DNA from: Sphyrna mokarran
Taxonomy: Eukaryota
Direction of reading: 5' to 3'
Assembly (NCBI GenBank): GCA_024679065.1
Contig: JAGIQG010000019.1
Coordinates: 36,332,001 to 36,396,000 of the forward strand
Length of the DNA: 64,000 nt
The notes beneath the pieces are model-generated. The model worked only from the letters and a program-made list of their open reading frames with translations. It had not been told where the DNA came from and did not search any database. Below are positions 63,318-64,000 of the stretch, piece by piece. The stretch's first letter is position 1. Each line of letters starts with the position of its first letter. The translations under genes were made by a program, and so were the position numbers.

Positions 63318-64000
63318 TGGCCAAATAGACCATCTAAAATGGCGCTTTGTAAAGCACTCTGGGACAATAAGGCAAGAACTGAAACGACAGGCTGCAGTTT
63401 AAAGACATAGACAAATAGGTTGCAACCCTGACGAATGAATAAGTAGGAAACGGGTCATCTCCAGGATGAAAGGGACATTTTGGTCACACTGGGTTGTGTA
63501 CTAAACATAAGGCACTGTGAATTCTTATTTAGGAGGGAGGTATGTGACCTATATACCTCCAGCACCTACAGATATGGCCACTGGGGACACACCCAGAGAT
63601 CGGTGTGGTAGCACTTGATTGGGCCCTAATTGATCAGGGGGATCACATTTGGCAATGGCCAAAAGAGGTATGAAACTCAATGGGATATAATGTGTGCTGC
63701 GCAACTAGGAATCTCTCTCTCTCTCTGACCCCACGAGCTACAACAATGGTGACCATCATCAGTGACGACCAGCATGAAGAGAACCACCACACCCGAGAAG
63801 CAAGGAAGAGCCAGGGTGCCAGACCTGACCAAGGGACCAGACTACACAGACAACTACCAAGACCAGCACACAGAGAAAAGCCAATATCTGCTTGGGTATT
63901 TGCCAGTCATGCAAAGTTAAGTCAAGGTCTAAATATTGGACTTGAATTCTAGTATTTTCTGTAAGATAACTTATTGTTGGTCGGGCGGGTGATTATTGAT
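63318..64000 (+). mobile_element. Probable LTR-like insertion truncating the CR1, running off the window
   Basis: CR1 homology stops abruptly after gagagagttcaaag; TATA-like gatataat ~63685 followed by a (ct)n run; termini not visible. Confidence 0.4.

Overview
Eukaryotic genomic DNA, almost certainly from a shark or other elasmobranch: it is dense in CR1/HER1-type LINEs, HE1-like V-SINEs, Deu-SINE relics, Rex1/Babar, Penelope-like and Harbinger elements. Two spliced protein genes can be built by hand on the minus strand. (1) A fascin-3 (FSCN3)-like gene with coding exons 17788-17672, 15530-14840, 11926-11808, 6452-6293 and 1034-864. All phases are consistent, exon 5 ends in a GC donor, and the last exon(s) lie beyond the window start. 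(2) A complete ~274-aa TMEM53-like (DUF829) gene with coding exons 29128-28669 and 27097-26733. Two CpG-rich plus-strand promoter/first-exon candidates (~45.3 kb and ~51.0 kb) point to a third, unidentified gene. Most other ORFs in the track are TE fragments or noise. Notable structures are two ~300-bp-arm intronic inverted duplications, a CR1 LINE whose 3' UTR carries a V-SINE core domain (two copies), minimal hammerhead ribozyme cores in Penelope-like repeats, two copies of one LTR (one split by a Tx1 insertion with a 15-bp TSD), and several nested insertions. No database search was run. Family names come from recalled motifs, and repeat boundaries are approximate.
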